From: Macrostomum hystrix
Lineage: Eukaryota; Animalia; Platyhelminthes
Direction: 5' to 3'
DNA: 64,000 bases
Assembly (NCBI GenBank): GCA_950097015.1
Contig: CATNEN010000037.1
Span: 62,001 to 126,000 of the forward strand
The notes beneath the pieces were generated by a model, which worked only from the letters and a program-made list of their open reading frames with translations, did not search any database and had not been told where the DNA came from. A program made the position numbers and the translations under genes. How positions within the stretch are numbered: position 1 is the stretch's first letter; each line of letters begins with the position of its first letter. Positions 12,001 to 24,829 of this stretch are shown here, piece after piece.

Positions 12001-14994
12001 TGTTGTTCGTCACATCTGTGCGATTGGTCCATTCAGAAGCCTGAAAATTAGTATAGCGATTTGCACCTTTGTTTTGATGCAACCAACACAATGATCTATT
12101 ATAAGTAGATTTCTTCCGTTATTGCTAGAAATTCTCTAGAAGCTGCCTGGGCTGAGCTTACCCTGATGATTATTGTAGCTGTCGCGGCTACCTGTCGATT
12201 GATAGGCGCCAACTGAGTCACCTGTCCAGTTATCTCGTCAATAGCGAAACTGGATGAGGAGTTGCCTGTAATTATTTAATGAGATTAGACAGATAGGTGT
12301 CGAAGTAAAGATCACACGATTCACAATTTCTGGTCTCACCTGCTATAATTGAGTATCGAATACTGAAGTTCAGTGCGTCCTGGTCAACGGCCAGAATCGG
12401 TCCTGGTAGAATCGTCAGTGGATTAGAAGCCTGGAATTGAGTTTTTGAGGGATGGTAATTTTTTGCTTCGTCCTTCATCTTCAATATTGGTTTTCAACTT
12501 CTATTTCAAATTAATAACTTCAACTTGGTCCGCGGGAGGGGGATGCTCGTGTGTGTTGTAAAATTGATTTACTCTAACTTGGGCAGGCCGGTCTCGCGGA
12601 CGATCACTTTCTGTGAAAGTTACTAATCGGGTACACACGAGCATCCCCCTCCCCGCGGGCGAAATTGAAGTTACTAATTTGAAATAGAAGTTTAAAACCA
12701 ATAGCAATTTAATTGGAATCTCTTTAAAAATATCTCACGTTGACGTTACTGATGATGCTGGCTGTGTATGTTGGATTGAGACAAACCGACAGGTATTGAG
12801 TGCAGCCGGGAACAATGAACTTCGGAGGCAAATCATCTTGATCAAGAACTCTGAAGACAACAGTAGCAGTGGACGTCAGAGTCAGGGAAACGTTGATTGG
12901 AGAGTCCTGGAAGCGGTAGAAAATAACGGGTTTTCATCTTGAAGCAAAACTTCACATGTATTGAAGTTAACTTGATGAAACAAATTTTCAGGATATTTCG
13001 CTCGTAAGCTGCAATCAAATATTCAGTTTGCTGCTTTCAATTTTCGAATTTCAATAGTAAAATACACTGTACCTTGGCGATAACCAACACGGTGATAGTG
13101 GGCGATGGTACACCAAACGCCTCATAGTCTAGCGGTCGGTTTGCATACAGTCGAACATCATTTCCAGACTCAATAGTTTGAAAGAACGTGGTGTTTGACA
13201 CAGAGACCGTAGCTGCTGAGTTTGTTCCTGCGTCCTTGTCTCGGGCTTGGACACCTTGAAACTGTAGCACCTGGACTGGTGTGTTCTGAAGAAGTAGCGG
13301 AAGTGTGAAAAAATCCACTTTTAACTGCTTCTGCTAAAATAGTTATTTTGATTGGCTTACCTCGCGGACAGAACCGGCATACAAAACTTGAATGCGATTG
13401 GTTGACGTATTATAAAACACGGGGCTGTTGTCATTGACATCGTTGATGGTGATTTTCGCCGTGAAATTCTAAAAAGTGAACGCAAAATACTTCCCTGTGA
13501 CAAAGCAAAATGATGGCTAAAAGTACGGAACATTGACCTTCGAGTCTGTAATATTATACTCAAAGACTACTAAAAAACAATTTTTGTTTGTCATTTATTA
13601 TGTAAAAATTCATGCAGATGTGAACCAGAATAAGCATCATATATCTGTCTCACCCTTGCAGTGAAGCTAGTGCTGTCAGGCTTGCACTCGATGCCGAAGT
13701 CTATGGTAAAGCCAGCTCCAGTTGTTCCGGGCAATCCAGGAATATCATTGTCCATGATCTGCGATCGATTTCAGATTTTAGTCACATGACTGGACTTTCG
13801 TGAGCGAAAATTCCTTTATTTTCTCAGGTAATTAAAGTTAATTATCTAACTGCGTAATTAAAAAACTTCATGTAAATAATATGTTTTCCTTCGCAGGATT
13901 ATGCTAAAATGACTGCTTATCTTTATACACGTCCGAGCTTTTTTTAACGGTAGAAAGACCTCGAGGGTATTTCAAACATGCACATATTTTCTGCATCTCA
14001 TAAACTATTTAAACAATCGGTATGATTTGAAATCCAGTGATTTGAAATACGTGTCGTTCCACAGAGCGGAAACAGCGTAGTCTTTCTACTGTTAAAGAAA
14101 CGCGATTTTCGTGGCAGTTGGATTTTGAACATTCGTCACTCTCTGTTAGATTGTTGGCCTTTACATCTTAGGGGGATTACTTAGCAGTAATTTTAATTTA
14201 TAGAATATAGAAAGGAGTAGCGGGATACTTAAAGACGCTAAAAAGTACATGGAGCGAAATCCTACCTCTCTGTCAATGCCCTGCTTGAGGCTGATGTACC
14301 CTGTCCCGGATCTGACGTTGAGTTGGAAATAGTTGCCTACAGCGCTGAAGCTGGTGCCATTGGAGAACTTGTTGGGGCTGCTGTCAAACAGTCTCAGCTG
14401 AACAGTTTGAGCTCCTGTTGCTTCGCTAGACTGCCTGACTTGGCCAGCGATAACCGTCAGGTTTTGCTCTTCGCCAAGCGTCGGCAAGTGATCGCCGGCT
14501 GCATAAAAGTACCGCAGTTGAAGTTCAAGGTTTTGAAAATAGGCCTATCGAATACACCAGACTAGAAAAACTATTTGAGTTCACTCAGACTCTGCGCCCT
14601 ACCTCCATAGCTCTCCGTGAATGCCAGGTTGACGAAAACGGATCCGGAGCCATCAGAATATTCGCATGGATTGACACCGCTCACCTGGCTGGCCTGGTGA
14701 CCTGTGGGTTCGGAAAATCGTTTTTTCTATTTAAGCTGCGGTGACAGAAGAACCCGCGGATGAAAAGCTATGGCTTTGAAAATTAGAAAAGTTGAGAGCA
14801 GCTTTTAGGAAGTTCGTCGCCCTTGCAATACAATCCTGGGCGAAATAAATGTTACAAATTATCGGACATATGCTAAAAACAGCCTTCCTTTCATGCTTCG
14901 ATGCTATATGGAGGACTACTGGTCGCAAGGCCCGGTGACACTCACCGATGATGATAGATAACAGCAGCAGCAGAGCTACCCTTCTCGCCGTCAT
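1..14994 (-). CDS. Giant Fat/Dachsous-like cadherin (gene A), multi-exon, at least 28 extracellular cadherin repeats; 3' end (TM/cytoplasmic part) lies beyond window start
   Basis: Exon 1 14994-14946 encodes a signal peptide MTARRVALLLLLSIIIG and ends at a GTGAGT donor (phase 1). Exon 2 14701-14603 reads HQASQVSGVNPCEYSDGSGSVFVNLAFTESYG. Then many short-intron exons with cadherin motifs (DVNDNSPVF, LDYE, ATDADSG, AxDxGxPP, IDPxTGxI), and the frame is still open at base 1. Subfamily assignment is by repeat number only. Confidence 0.9.
4025..4253 (-). mobile_element. tRNA-derived SINE-like element in a cadherin intron
   Basis: Minus strand starts with A-box-like TGGTTAGAGCA and B-box-like GGTTCCATTACC. 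The body (GGTACCCATT..CAGCTGAGTGAACTGAAGCAATG..GTCTTG..AAGGGCACAA on plus) resembles conserved invertebrate SINE cores as recalled, not searched. Confidence 0.5.
9640..14715 (-). repeat. Segmental duplication copy 1 (EC1-EC8 of cadherin A), paralogous to 17490-22435
   Basis: Exon-by-exon identity with the second block (e.g. 9990-11325 vs 18025-19360; 12740-13310 vs 20742-21310; 14266-14715 vs 21988-22435); offset about 7.7-8.2 kb. Confidence 0.95.
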
Positions 14995-16401
14995 TTTGTT
15001 GCCGACCGCGCTGTCTCGAACTCACTAGCTGACACGCGAAAGCGGGCTAACGTTTTGTAAATCTCTTGAAGTAAGTTTGGATCCCTTAGAAGGCGATTAG
15101 CATTCGCTTTGGTTCTTTGACGATTATCGAGCGGATTGCAGCGAATATTTTCTCTACAAAAATTGTACCTATTACTTAGCTGCCCCTATCTCTTTAGCTT
15201 TCGATTAAGAGACCAGCACTGCGGGTACCCACCCAGTTACCCACCCATCTTTTTCAGCATTAGCAAGAACATTTTCGAAGCTGGGCGGGATTGAAAAGTG
15301 GGTGCGCCCACAAAAAAAAGAGAAAAAAGTCCTACTGAAGCCGTGGAGTTCCACCCAGCCAGGTCCCAACAAGAGCCACCCGCCCACCTACACATGAGCA
15401 TTGGAGAGCGGGGGTGCTATTATAGTCATAGAGCACTTGCAGGCTGTTACAAGCGTCAACCCTGGTGAGAACTATGACGGCCCCCCTCCCCTGCACCCGA
15501 GTCTGTATTGCACTCTCGGCCAATGCAACAATGCAGAGATAGTAGACACACTTGCTTACCACTGCTTAGGACTGGCGTAGTGGGGAGGTGTCGCCACGTC
15601 GTTACTGGATTAATTTTATTTAAGTTAAAAAACAAACGGATGAACGGTGGCGCATGAAGGATGAATGTTGTGCGTTTTAGAGAGGGGAACCAGAACCCCG
15701 AATCCGACTTGGAGGCTTTTTTATTTTTTTTATTTCAAGCAATCACGCTGACAGGATACTACTATAAGGCAGCTTTATCAGAGACCAAATTCAAGGCAAA
15801 GCCCAAAGTGCAGTTGTTGCCAGTCGCTTAAGTATATTTTGCTCTGTATTTTTTACCATATTGTGATTCGGCCTATTAAGGTAAAGCTGAAGAAGAAATG
15901 ACAGAAAAATTTTCTGTAATTCGATAACTTAAGCTGACACAACTCACAGCTCACGAAAACAAGGAACTAGTACTTCACACCAAATCTCATTCTAGACCAA
16001 CTTTTCCTGAAATTAACTCGGCCAGGAATGTATAAAAAAACTAGGAAAGATTTTATTATATTGGCAATAATATAGTTTAGAAACAGAAAATTAGTTTTAA
16101 TAGTAACTGTTTTTCACTTCTATAACGACAGATTAGTTAAGTAAAATAATTATAATATTGTAATTCTTTACAAGAAAATAGGCAATAACATGGTAGAAGC
16201 TTAAATCAAGCTTAAGTCTTAAAAAACCTGCATAGGCATTTCCAGCGCCCTGCTGAAATTTATACATATGCAAAAGTAAAAAATACTGTAGTAGAGCAAA
16301 AAATATTGAACAAATACTTTGGAGAAACAGGCCTCCGAAAAATGAGTTTGATATGAAAAAAGTTATCTCAGCTTCCAGTAGCAAATTTCGCAACTGCATA
16401 A

Positions 16402-19400
16402 TTATATTTCGCTAATGCAGTGCAAGCCAATAGGAAAAAGTAAAATAGACAATGTGGGCAGCAAACGAGAAGCCAAAGAAACCTCCTTGTCACCACTGTT
16501 GCACTCCAGAATATTAGCGCGAATTTCAGCCGCGGAAATCTAAAATAGAAAGCCAATTTGGTCAATTCAAGCTCATTGTGCGGTAAAAATGGACAATAGT
16601 GTCGGATAGCTTGGCAGAAGTACCATTTGCGAGCCACTCAATAGCAGTTAGTTAGTTTATTTGTCATTTCAATGCTCGCTATTTACTATCCGCATGGCTA
16701 TAGTTCTTGTGCACCCATGTCACCCCACTGTACTGTCTTAGATTTTCAATGCTTACCATCTCTCACTGATGCAAGGCGCTGTAGCACCCACCCCTAATCC
16801 TTCTAACAATGCTGAGTCATCCATTGAGTCATGCGAGTACAATAAATATGACTGCGCGGACGCTAGTGAACGCGTGCTGGCTTTCTACTCCTAACTTACT
16901 CGTCTAAGAACTCAGAATTTCACATTACACATGTAATATTTCACATTACCTTGCCGTTGACATTGTCACGAGCGCCAACAAATATGCTGTGCTCGGAAGC
17001 CTTAAGGGACTTCTTGTCTAACTGCGATGCAACTTTCAGAATGCCATCGCTCGAGTAGGCGAACGCAGATGCGACAGTCTGGTTGATCAGATTGTACCGG
17101 ATCGTGTCGCCCTCCGGATCAGTGGCTGGAAAATGGCCCACAATGGCGCCTACTGGGGTGTTCTTTGCAACTGAGATGTTGTAAACAGCGGCGGAGTAGT
17201 ACGGCGGCTGGTTTGCTGAGGCTGCTGTTGTTGACGATATTCCCGAAGGTGAGCCTGTGGACGTGTGGGTTGTTAGCCCTGTCGAAGAGGCTGAGGTGAC
17301 AGCGTTGATAGTTGTGCTGGAAATTTGCACGACAGAGTCTGTAGTTCGCAGCTGCTGACTCGTCTGCAGACATGTTTTTTCGGTTTGAATTGTAAGGTAA
17401 GGTAAGGTAATACATGTCTCTAAATTTTTCAGTTCATTGCACAGACTTCAGATAGAAAACCGTTTTATGATGTAATGTAGGAGACTCTCACACAAACTGA
17501 AACAACCACTTTAGATGACAGAAGCGCGGAATCCGAGATCTTAAGTCCAGTTTGCTCTGTAGTTACAACTAGCTCGTAGCTCCTGACACTGCCAAAGTCA
17601 ACGCCGCTGGTCGTGAAGATTTCGCCAGTTGATGCGTTGATTCGAAAGGGCACTGAAGCGTTTGCAAGTCGGTATGTTATGTTCCGAAAGGAGTCCCCGT
17701 CAAGTGCCTGCGGAACGCGATTGAATTATTGGTTTAAAAATACTTAAAAATCGTTCATTTCGTACATACTGTACGTCTAAAGTTATACGTAAAAACGGCT
17801 AAAGTTGTTAGTATTTTTGGATTCTTAACCAGGGCCTATCAAAATTTGGGGCAATTTAGACACAAAACAGTTAAGGCGTAGGGTGGAGACAAATACGAGA
17901 TGTGATCAATATCTCTACTGATCTCTCCGTATTTGACCGTATCAATCTGTCCATATTCAAGTACTTTCAAAACTTCACCCCACGTCTGACTACTTACAGT
18001 AACAGTGGTGACATATACGTTGCTAGAATTCTGGGCCACACTGCCGCTGAAATATCGAACTGGAAAGTAGGGCGCCATGTCATCTCGATCCTCAACGTTA
18101 ACAGTGAGAGTCACGGTGGCGCTTCTGGCAGCGAGGCCAAAGTCACGCGCTGTCACCGTCACGTAGTGCACTGTGCGTGACTCAAAGTCGAGGAACTTTG
18201 CGAGCTGGAGCTGGGCTGAAGCGAATCCCGTCGCGTTGGTCGTTTGGACGATTGTAAATGAGTTTCTAAAACGGTTGGAAAAGCGTGCACATCAAATAAA
18301 TGTCAAAACAGGCAAAGGTACATGCAGTTAAGAATCAATGGCAACAATCAGTGACAAGCTCATAGTTTTGCTCACGTTGCCTCATTGACAAAAAACCGAA
18401 TGAGCGCATTCTGGGCTAGATCGGCGTCTGTCGCGTTGATTGTCGCAATTGTGACAGGAAATGTGTTCTCCGGAATGGAGAAGTTGGTCGTCAAAACAGC
18501 AATGATCGGATCATTGTCGTTGGAATCAAGAAGGGCAACGCGAATCTCAGTCACGGCAGTCTAAAAATGTTTTAATAAACGATATATACTCGAAATTGTG
18601 ATTGAATTCAAGACCAAACCAAAAGATGATTTGGTGCTTGCCTGTTGTCGAGATTGTCTTGAGCACCCACAAACACGCTGTGATACGGAACGATCGGAGA
18701 CTCCCTGTCCAACGGTGAAGCCACAGTCAGGCTGCCATCGCTCGAGTAGGCGAACGCAGATGCGACAGTCTGGTTGATCAGACTGTACCTGATCGTGTCG
18801 CCCTCCGGATCAGTTGCTGGGAACTGACCAACAACACTGCCAACATGTGTATCCTCGGCGACTGAGACGGTATAGAACGAAAATAAATATTAGGGTGGCA
18901 GATTGTACATCCTTGTTACTGAAATCTGGATGGCAACGTCCGCATTTCGCACGAGACTTGGTTGAGTGTCGGAGTCGCGAACACGAACGGCCAGCGTGAA
19001 CGCTTGGTTCCGCACCAAGCTTCCGGTAGCACTGATCTCGCCAGTCGTGTCATTGATAGAGAATATGGTCGTGTTACCCTCCACAATTGAGTAGCGAAGA
19101 CCAGCTGTGCCTCGGACTCCGGAGTCGGCGTCGGTGGCGCGCACCTGACCTACCAAGCGGGAGCCAGGACCCTCAGGAATGATGAATGAATAGTTAAGAG
19201 CCTGGAACACTGGCGAGTTATCGTTGACGTCGAGGACCGACACTGAAAAGCTCACGGTTCCGGTGAGGTTCGCCCTTGTGGAATCGATCTCGGTGGCTGT
19301 AACCTGCAATAAATGTTTAGCAGTTAAGGATCTGCTTCTTGAAAACTGTTAAGCTTACACAAGTCTTTGTAAACTCAAGTGCAAATGGGTTAAAGCCATT

Positions 19401-22400
19401 AATAATTACGAAATTCGTTCACAGAAAATTGCCTCAATGGTACAACGGACAGAACATGAAAATCCGTATATTGCGATACATGGTGGCGCAAGATGCTTAG
19501 CTTGATATGAATGCTGCTATTTTATGCCACTGTTGTCTTTCTTTTTCGATGCCCTCGTGCTTCATCCTGGCAACAATTTCTTGGCCTATTAGGAGCAACA
19601 AAAGAACATGGGCCCACTGACGTCTATAAAACTCCAACCAAACGTGACGAAATTCTCACGAGGGCATCTTCGATGGCCCTCGTACATCATGCGGGCAAAT
19701 ATTTCTTGGCTTATTAGAGAAACAGAAAACGTGGGTCCAAAGTTGTATGTAAAGCTCCAACTAGAGGTAATGAATTTCTCACAGTTAAATTGATCTTCTT
19801 ATCCACAGGCAAGCTCTCGTAGTCGATCAACATGAAGTTGACAGCGACTGTGCCGTCATCGTTCACTTTGAACCAATCCGTGTTTGTTACGGCGAATTTG
19901 TAGGCTCGTACTTCCTCGGAGGATCGGTGGGAAGCTAAAAGGGTCAATTTGTCCACGTTTAGTTTAGCGTTTTGTGGTTAAATCTAGCCATGTTTTTTCT
20001 CAGATATTGCTGTCCGATCACTACTGCTTACTAAGTCGCGATCCGAAACAATTAATTTAAAAATGGCGCCAGTCGTGTTCATGATGAGCGTGCCGATCGG
20101 AGAGTTCTCGGTCACTGTCAGTTCATCCACTGGCATATTGAAACTCAAAGTAGGTGCGAAGGAGTCCTGCGCGTCAATGCTAATCACGAGAGCTGCCGTG
20201 CTATATAAGTTATTATTTGTCACGTCCGTGCGATTGGTCCATTCAGAAGCCTAAAAAGCAATAAAAAATTCTGAATTCGTAGATTTCAAGCTCGTATTCA
20301 CTCATCCGCAAAATATTCTGGATGAAAAATTATCCTTGATAATGGCAGAGCTCACCTTGATGACCATTGTTGTTGTCGCAGCTACCTGACGATCGATAGG
20401 CGCCAACTGAGTCACCTGACCAGTTATCTCATCGATAGCGAAACTGGATGAGAAGTTTCCTGCAAATTCCAAAACATAAGAAATGTTGCATGAGAAGAGA
20501 ATTCTGAGACTAGCACAGCCATGACCATGGATTGCACGTGTTTCTCTCGTCTCACCAGCTACAATTGAGTATCGGATGCTGAAATTCAGAGAGTCCTGGT
20601 CAACAGCCAGAATCGGTCCCGGCCGGATGGACAGTGGACTGGAAGCCTACCATTTCTTGAGTTTTTTAAAGACTGCTTTAGTTCGTACATTTTATTCTAG
20701 AAAATGCCATGGAAACCAACTTGTAGTCAAATAAAGATCTCACGTTGACGTTGCTGATGATGCTGGCTGTGTATGTTGGATTGAGACAAACCGACAGGTA
20801 TTGAGTGCAGCCGGGAACAATGAACTTCGGAGGCAAATCATCTTGATCCAGAACTCTGAAGACAACAGTAGCAGTGGACGTCAGAGTCAGGGAAACGTTG
20901 AGTGGAGAGTCCTGGAAGCGGTAGAAAATAACGGGTTTTCATCTTGAAGCAAAACTTCACATGTACTGAAATTAACTTAATGAAACAAATTTTCAGGATA
21001 TTTCGCTCGTAAGCTGCAATCAAATATTCAGTTTGCTGCTTTCAATTTTCGAATTTCAATAGTAAAATACACTGTACCTTGGCGATGACCAACACGGTGA
21101 TAGTGGGCGATGGTACACCAAACGCCTCATAGTCTAGCGGTCGGTTTGTATACAGTCGAACATCATTTCCAGACTCAATAGTTTGAAAGAACGTGGTGTT
21201 TGACACAGAGACCGTAGCTGCTGAGTTTGTTCCTGCGTCCTTGTCTCGGGCTTGGACACCTTGAAACTGTAGCACCTGGACTGGTGTGTTCTGAAGAAGT
21301 AGCGGAAGTGTGAAATATAAGTAAAAAAATGTTTTTCGAATATTTTGATTGGCTCACCTCGCGGACAGAACCGGCATACAAAAGTTGAATGAGATTGGTT
21401 GACATATTGTAAAACGCAGAGCTGTTGTCATTGACATCGTTGATGATGATTTTTGCCGTGAAATTCTAAAAAGTGAACGCAAAATACTTCTCTGTGACAA
21501 AGCAGAAATTCTAAAAATTGTGCGCAAACTATTTTATCAACAGCAAACTAATAATGTAAGTATTATTCTACACTACAAGCCACAAGTAATTGAGTTTGTC
21601 GTTTTCAATGAACATTGTGTCTGTCTCACCCTTGCAGTGAAGCTAGTGCTGTCAGGCTTGCACTCGATGCCGAAGTCTATGGTAAAGCCAGCTCCAGTTG
21701 TTCCGGGCAATCCAGGAATATCATTGTCCATTATCTGCGATCGATTTCGGATTTAGTTACATGACTATACTATTGAGAGCGAAAATTGCATGTCCATTCA
21801 CTCATTCTTTTGTAAAAAAATATATTTTTTGTCTGCCAATGGATTTTAATAACTATATCGTAACTCTTATCGCTCAATGTAACCGAGTTTTAATCAAATA
21901 GCTTAGGTTTCATACATTTTATATTTTGTATAAAGTATAACGTATAACGTATAAAGTATAACGTATAACGTATAAAGTATAACGTACCTCTCTGTCAATG
22001 CCCTGCTTGAGGCTGATGTACCCTGTCCCGGATCTGACGTTGAGTTGGAAATAGTTGCCTACAGCGCTGAAGCTGGTGCCATTGGAGAACTTGTTGGGGC
22101 TGCTGTCAAACAGTCTCAGCTGAACAGTTTGAGCTCCTGTTGCTTCGCTAGACTGCCTGACTTGGCCAGCGATAACCGTCAGGTTTTGCTCTTCGCCAAG
22201 CGTCGGCAAGTGATCGCCGGCTGCATAAAAGTACCGCAGTTGAAGTTCAAGGTTTTGAAAATAGGCCTATCGAATACACCAGACTAGAAAAACTTTTATC
22301 AGACTCCGCGCCCTACCTCCATAGCTCTCCGTGAATGCCAGGTTGACGAAAACGGATCCGGAGCCATCGGAATATTCGCATGGATTGACACCGCTCACCT

Positions 22401-22585
22401 GGCTGGCCTGGTGACCTGTGGGTTTGGAAAATCGTGCAGGTTGCGTTGGCAGAAGAACTTGTTGACAAAAACTAAGAGCTGTACTCAATTCATGTATTTC
22501 AAGCCATTGGGAAAATTTGAGGCACAAACTGCTTACCGAGCAGGGCTGATAGCACAAGCAGAAGGGCTGCTGCAACTAATGCCAT
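16402..22585 (-). pseudogene. Short paralogous cadherin (gene B): signal peptide, EC1-8, Ser/Thr linker, EC6-like repeat, hydrophobic C-terminal tail; ORF disrupted in this sequence
   Basis: Own signal exon 22585-22537 (MALVAAALLLVLSALLG, GTAAGC donor), exon 22415-22317, exons paralogous to gene A, unique exon 17363-16950, terminal exon 16539-16402. Lesions relative to A: 8-nt insertion 19903-19910, in-frame TAA 18890-18892, 1-nt loss near 18640. Confidence 0.75.
21935..21987. repeat. 7-bp microsatellite (TATAACG/TATAAAG) directly after a donor site of gene B
   Basis: Visible tandem units; absent from the paralogous intron of gene A. Confidence 0.85.
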
Positions 22586-24329
22586 TAAGCTGTTCTTTCT
22601 CGCTCTGTTTTCTATTTTTTCTCGAGTTGTCTAAAACACTCTTTTGGCAGGGTCCGGTAGTGCAAATTATACTATTCTGTTATTTACATCGCTGTATGAG
22701 TAATGCAATCCGACAGCCGGACAACGACTGAGCTTGGAGCCAAAAAAAACTTTTCCGTAGTGAGTGTAAAGAAAACCAGAATCACACAAATGATGGTACC
22801 TTATTATTCAGCGCGGTTCTGCACGGCGCCCGTGTCAAATACGTTATTAGGCTGCTTCATTTTCTAGCTGCACAATGTCAACGGTGTTTTTTGTATTGTT
22901 TTTTCGTGACAATAATAAGCTGAATAGGCTAAAAATGAATATACAAGTTTCACATTTTTTGGACTCTCCCACCCACGCGTTAAGATGGTGGTTTTCTGTG
23001 TTAGAAACATCGACATGATAGTTACTCGTATAAATAATTAATTCACCTGCTCAATTAGATAAACGCATTTTAGAAGGAAATTAGGCCGAGAAAACCAGTT
23101 GATGCAGCGATTATAGAACAAGGACTATACTACGAGTAGAAGGACGCGAAATGACGCTTCTAGAATGCTCTTCGGAGATAGGAGATTTTAGCAATTTTGT
23201 GCATTTAAATAATGATGCTAGTTTAAGATGTTGCTCTAACGAATTTTACAAAGCTTTATTCCAGAAAATTAGGTCTTCATACCATTTTTATTAGGTCTAA
23301 AGTAATGCTATTAATTGGTTCTAAGCATAGAACAAGAAATAAGGCTAGAGTCCCGGCAGTTATTTTACGAGCGTACAATAGATTTATGCTATTAAATTAC
23401 CGTGATCTCTCTATGATCAGAAAAAAGGAAACGAAAAGCTAGTTTACGAGCGTAAAAGTGCTTTTGTTATTTCAATACCTTAATGCATTTTATAAGGCTA
23501 TGAAAAAGAAAATTTATGCTAAAAGATAATCATTCAACCACAATCTATCACTAAATTTGGGGAGAAAAAGTGAAAACTTATCATCTCCGTAGTGTATTTT
23601 TTTACGAAAACCAGCCTCCTAAACTATTTCTAAGATACATAATTTTCCGTCCTTCTTTTTCTAGTGTTCGTTGTTATAAGAGCCCGCGAATATGCGTATG
23701 TATGTATATTTTACCTGAGAGACCTTATAGGTTGGCACGTTGTTTTTCAGTTCACCACAAAAATAAATGAAAAGCATTACGACAATAGTCAATCGACTTT
23801 TATGAATTAACTACTGCAAGTAGCATTGTCAGCGCACGCAACTCTCTTTTAGGTGCAGATGTTGCTAATCGCTGAAGAAAGCAAAACTAGAAAAACATTG
23901 CACAGGTGTATGAAGCAGACAGAGACAAAAATGACACCGAATGCAGTTGGGTCGGATGTACGGCCAGCGGCAAGCATTCAAAGGCTGTGTACAAGCGGTT
24001 CAGTCCACGGACTGGAGGGGTCTCCAAAAACTCCAATCGAAAAGCGTTTTTTCAGCATTTTGAGCACAGAGTTCACCCAACCACCCACACACCCACTAAC
24101 AGAGCTATAAAACTGAGTCGGCCATAAACTGCTCATAAATTTTGCTTAGCACCTGGCAGAGCCCCATAAATAATTAATTACCTTTTGGCCATTAATGGGC
24201 TAAGACAGTCTCAGATACCATCCATATACTGTTAATTGGCATTAGTTCACACGATCGTTCATATGGCTAATATGAAGAACTTTGCTTGCCCAGACCTGCC
24301 AAAACAGACGGAGACGCAGAAAGAGGGAG

Positions 24330-24480
24330 TGAGAGAGACTTTCACCTTTCACAATGGACCAGAGGACTAAAATGAAAGCAGACAGAATTAGGAGAAGATG
24401 GACAGACATTGGGCGGTTGTGGCTCTCGAGATTTCACTGCAGCTCTCCATTAACGCTGTAAGACCCACCGGGCAAAAGCA
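24330..24480 (+). mobile_element. Possible degenerate RTE-type LINE 3' fragment
   Basis: One frame reads RRRWTDIGRLW, resembling the RRRWxDxI motif at the end of RTE ORF2; surrounded by stops. Confidence 0.25.
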
Positions 24481-24829
24481 AGCCCGCGCCCAGATTTAGT
24501 CGAGAAAGTATAGATACCAAATATAATTGGCGATATGCTGTAAGACACCAAACTGCTGTGTATCGCGCATTGTCCCCTATTCGAGTACAACCTGTTTACT
24601 TAGCGTGGTGTTCAAACAGCACGCCGCCACTCCACCCTAATTAGCTAGATCTATTAAACAAACCTTATAAAGTGAAACATTCTGTTGGGATTGAGTAGAC
24701 CTGTGCTCAAACTTTGGGTCGGAATTATTAGTAACCATTGTTCCAAAACTTGCAACAAAATTTCCTCCTTGCTTTAGAACTAGCCAAGATTTGGTAAGTG
24801 TTTCGATACTTTGAAATGCTTCGCTTCTG

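Noticed and set aside
16133-16637. Hydrophobic ORFs in the track as a TM segment of gene B
   Set aside because: Different frames from the homologous exon; no phase-compatible acceptor; composition explained by T-rich 3' UTR sequence.
16757-16880. Alternative next exon for gene B (KASTRSLASAQ..SERW*)
   Set aside because: Weak acceptor and no cadherin homology, whereas 16539-16402 aligns with the expected paralogous exon.
18850-18925. Possible new intron rescuing the TAA in gene B (GTAACA donor, CCCTAAT branch, pyrimidine tract, CAG)
   Set aside because: The implied intron is 58 nt, shifts the frame and meets a stop soon after; an upstream frameshift exists anyway.
1335-22287. Plus-strand ORFs of 60-110 aa opposite the cadherin exons
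   Set aside because: Antisense shadows of coding exons, duplicated along with them; no independent signals.
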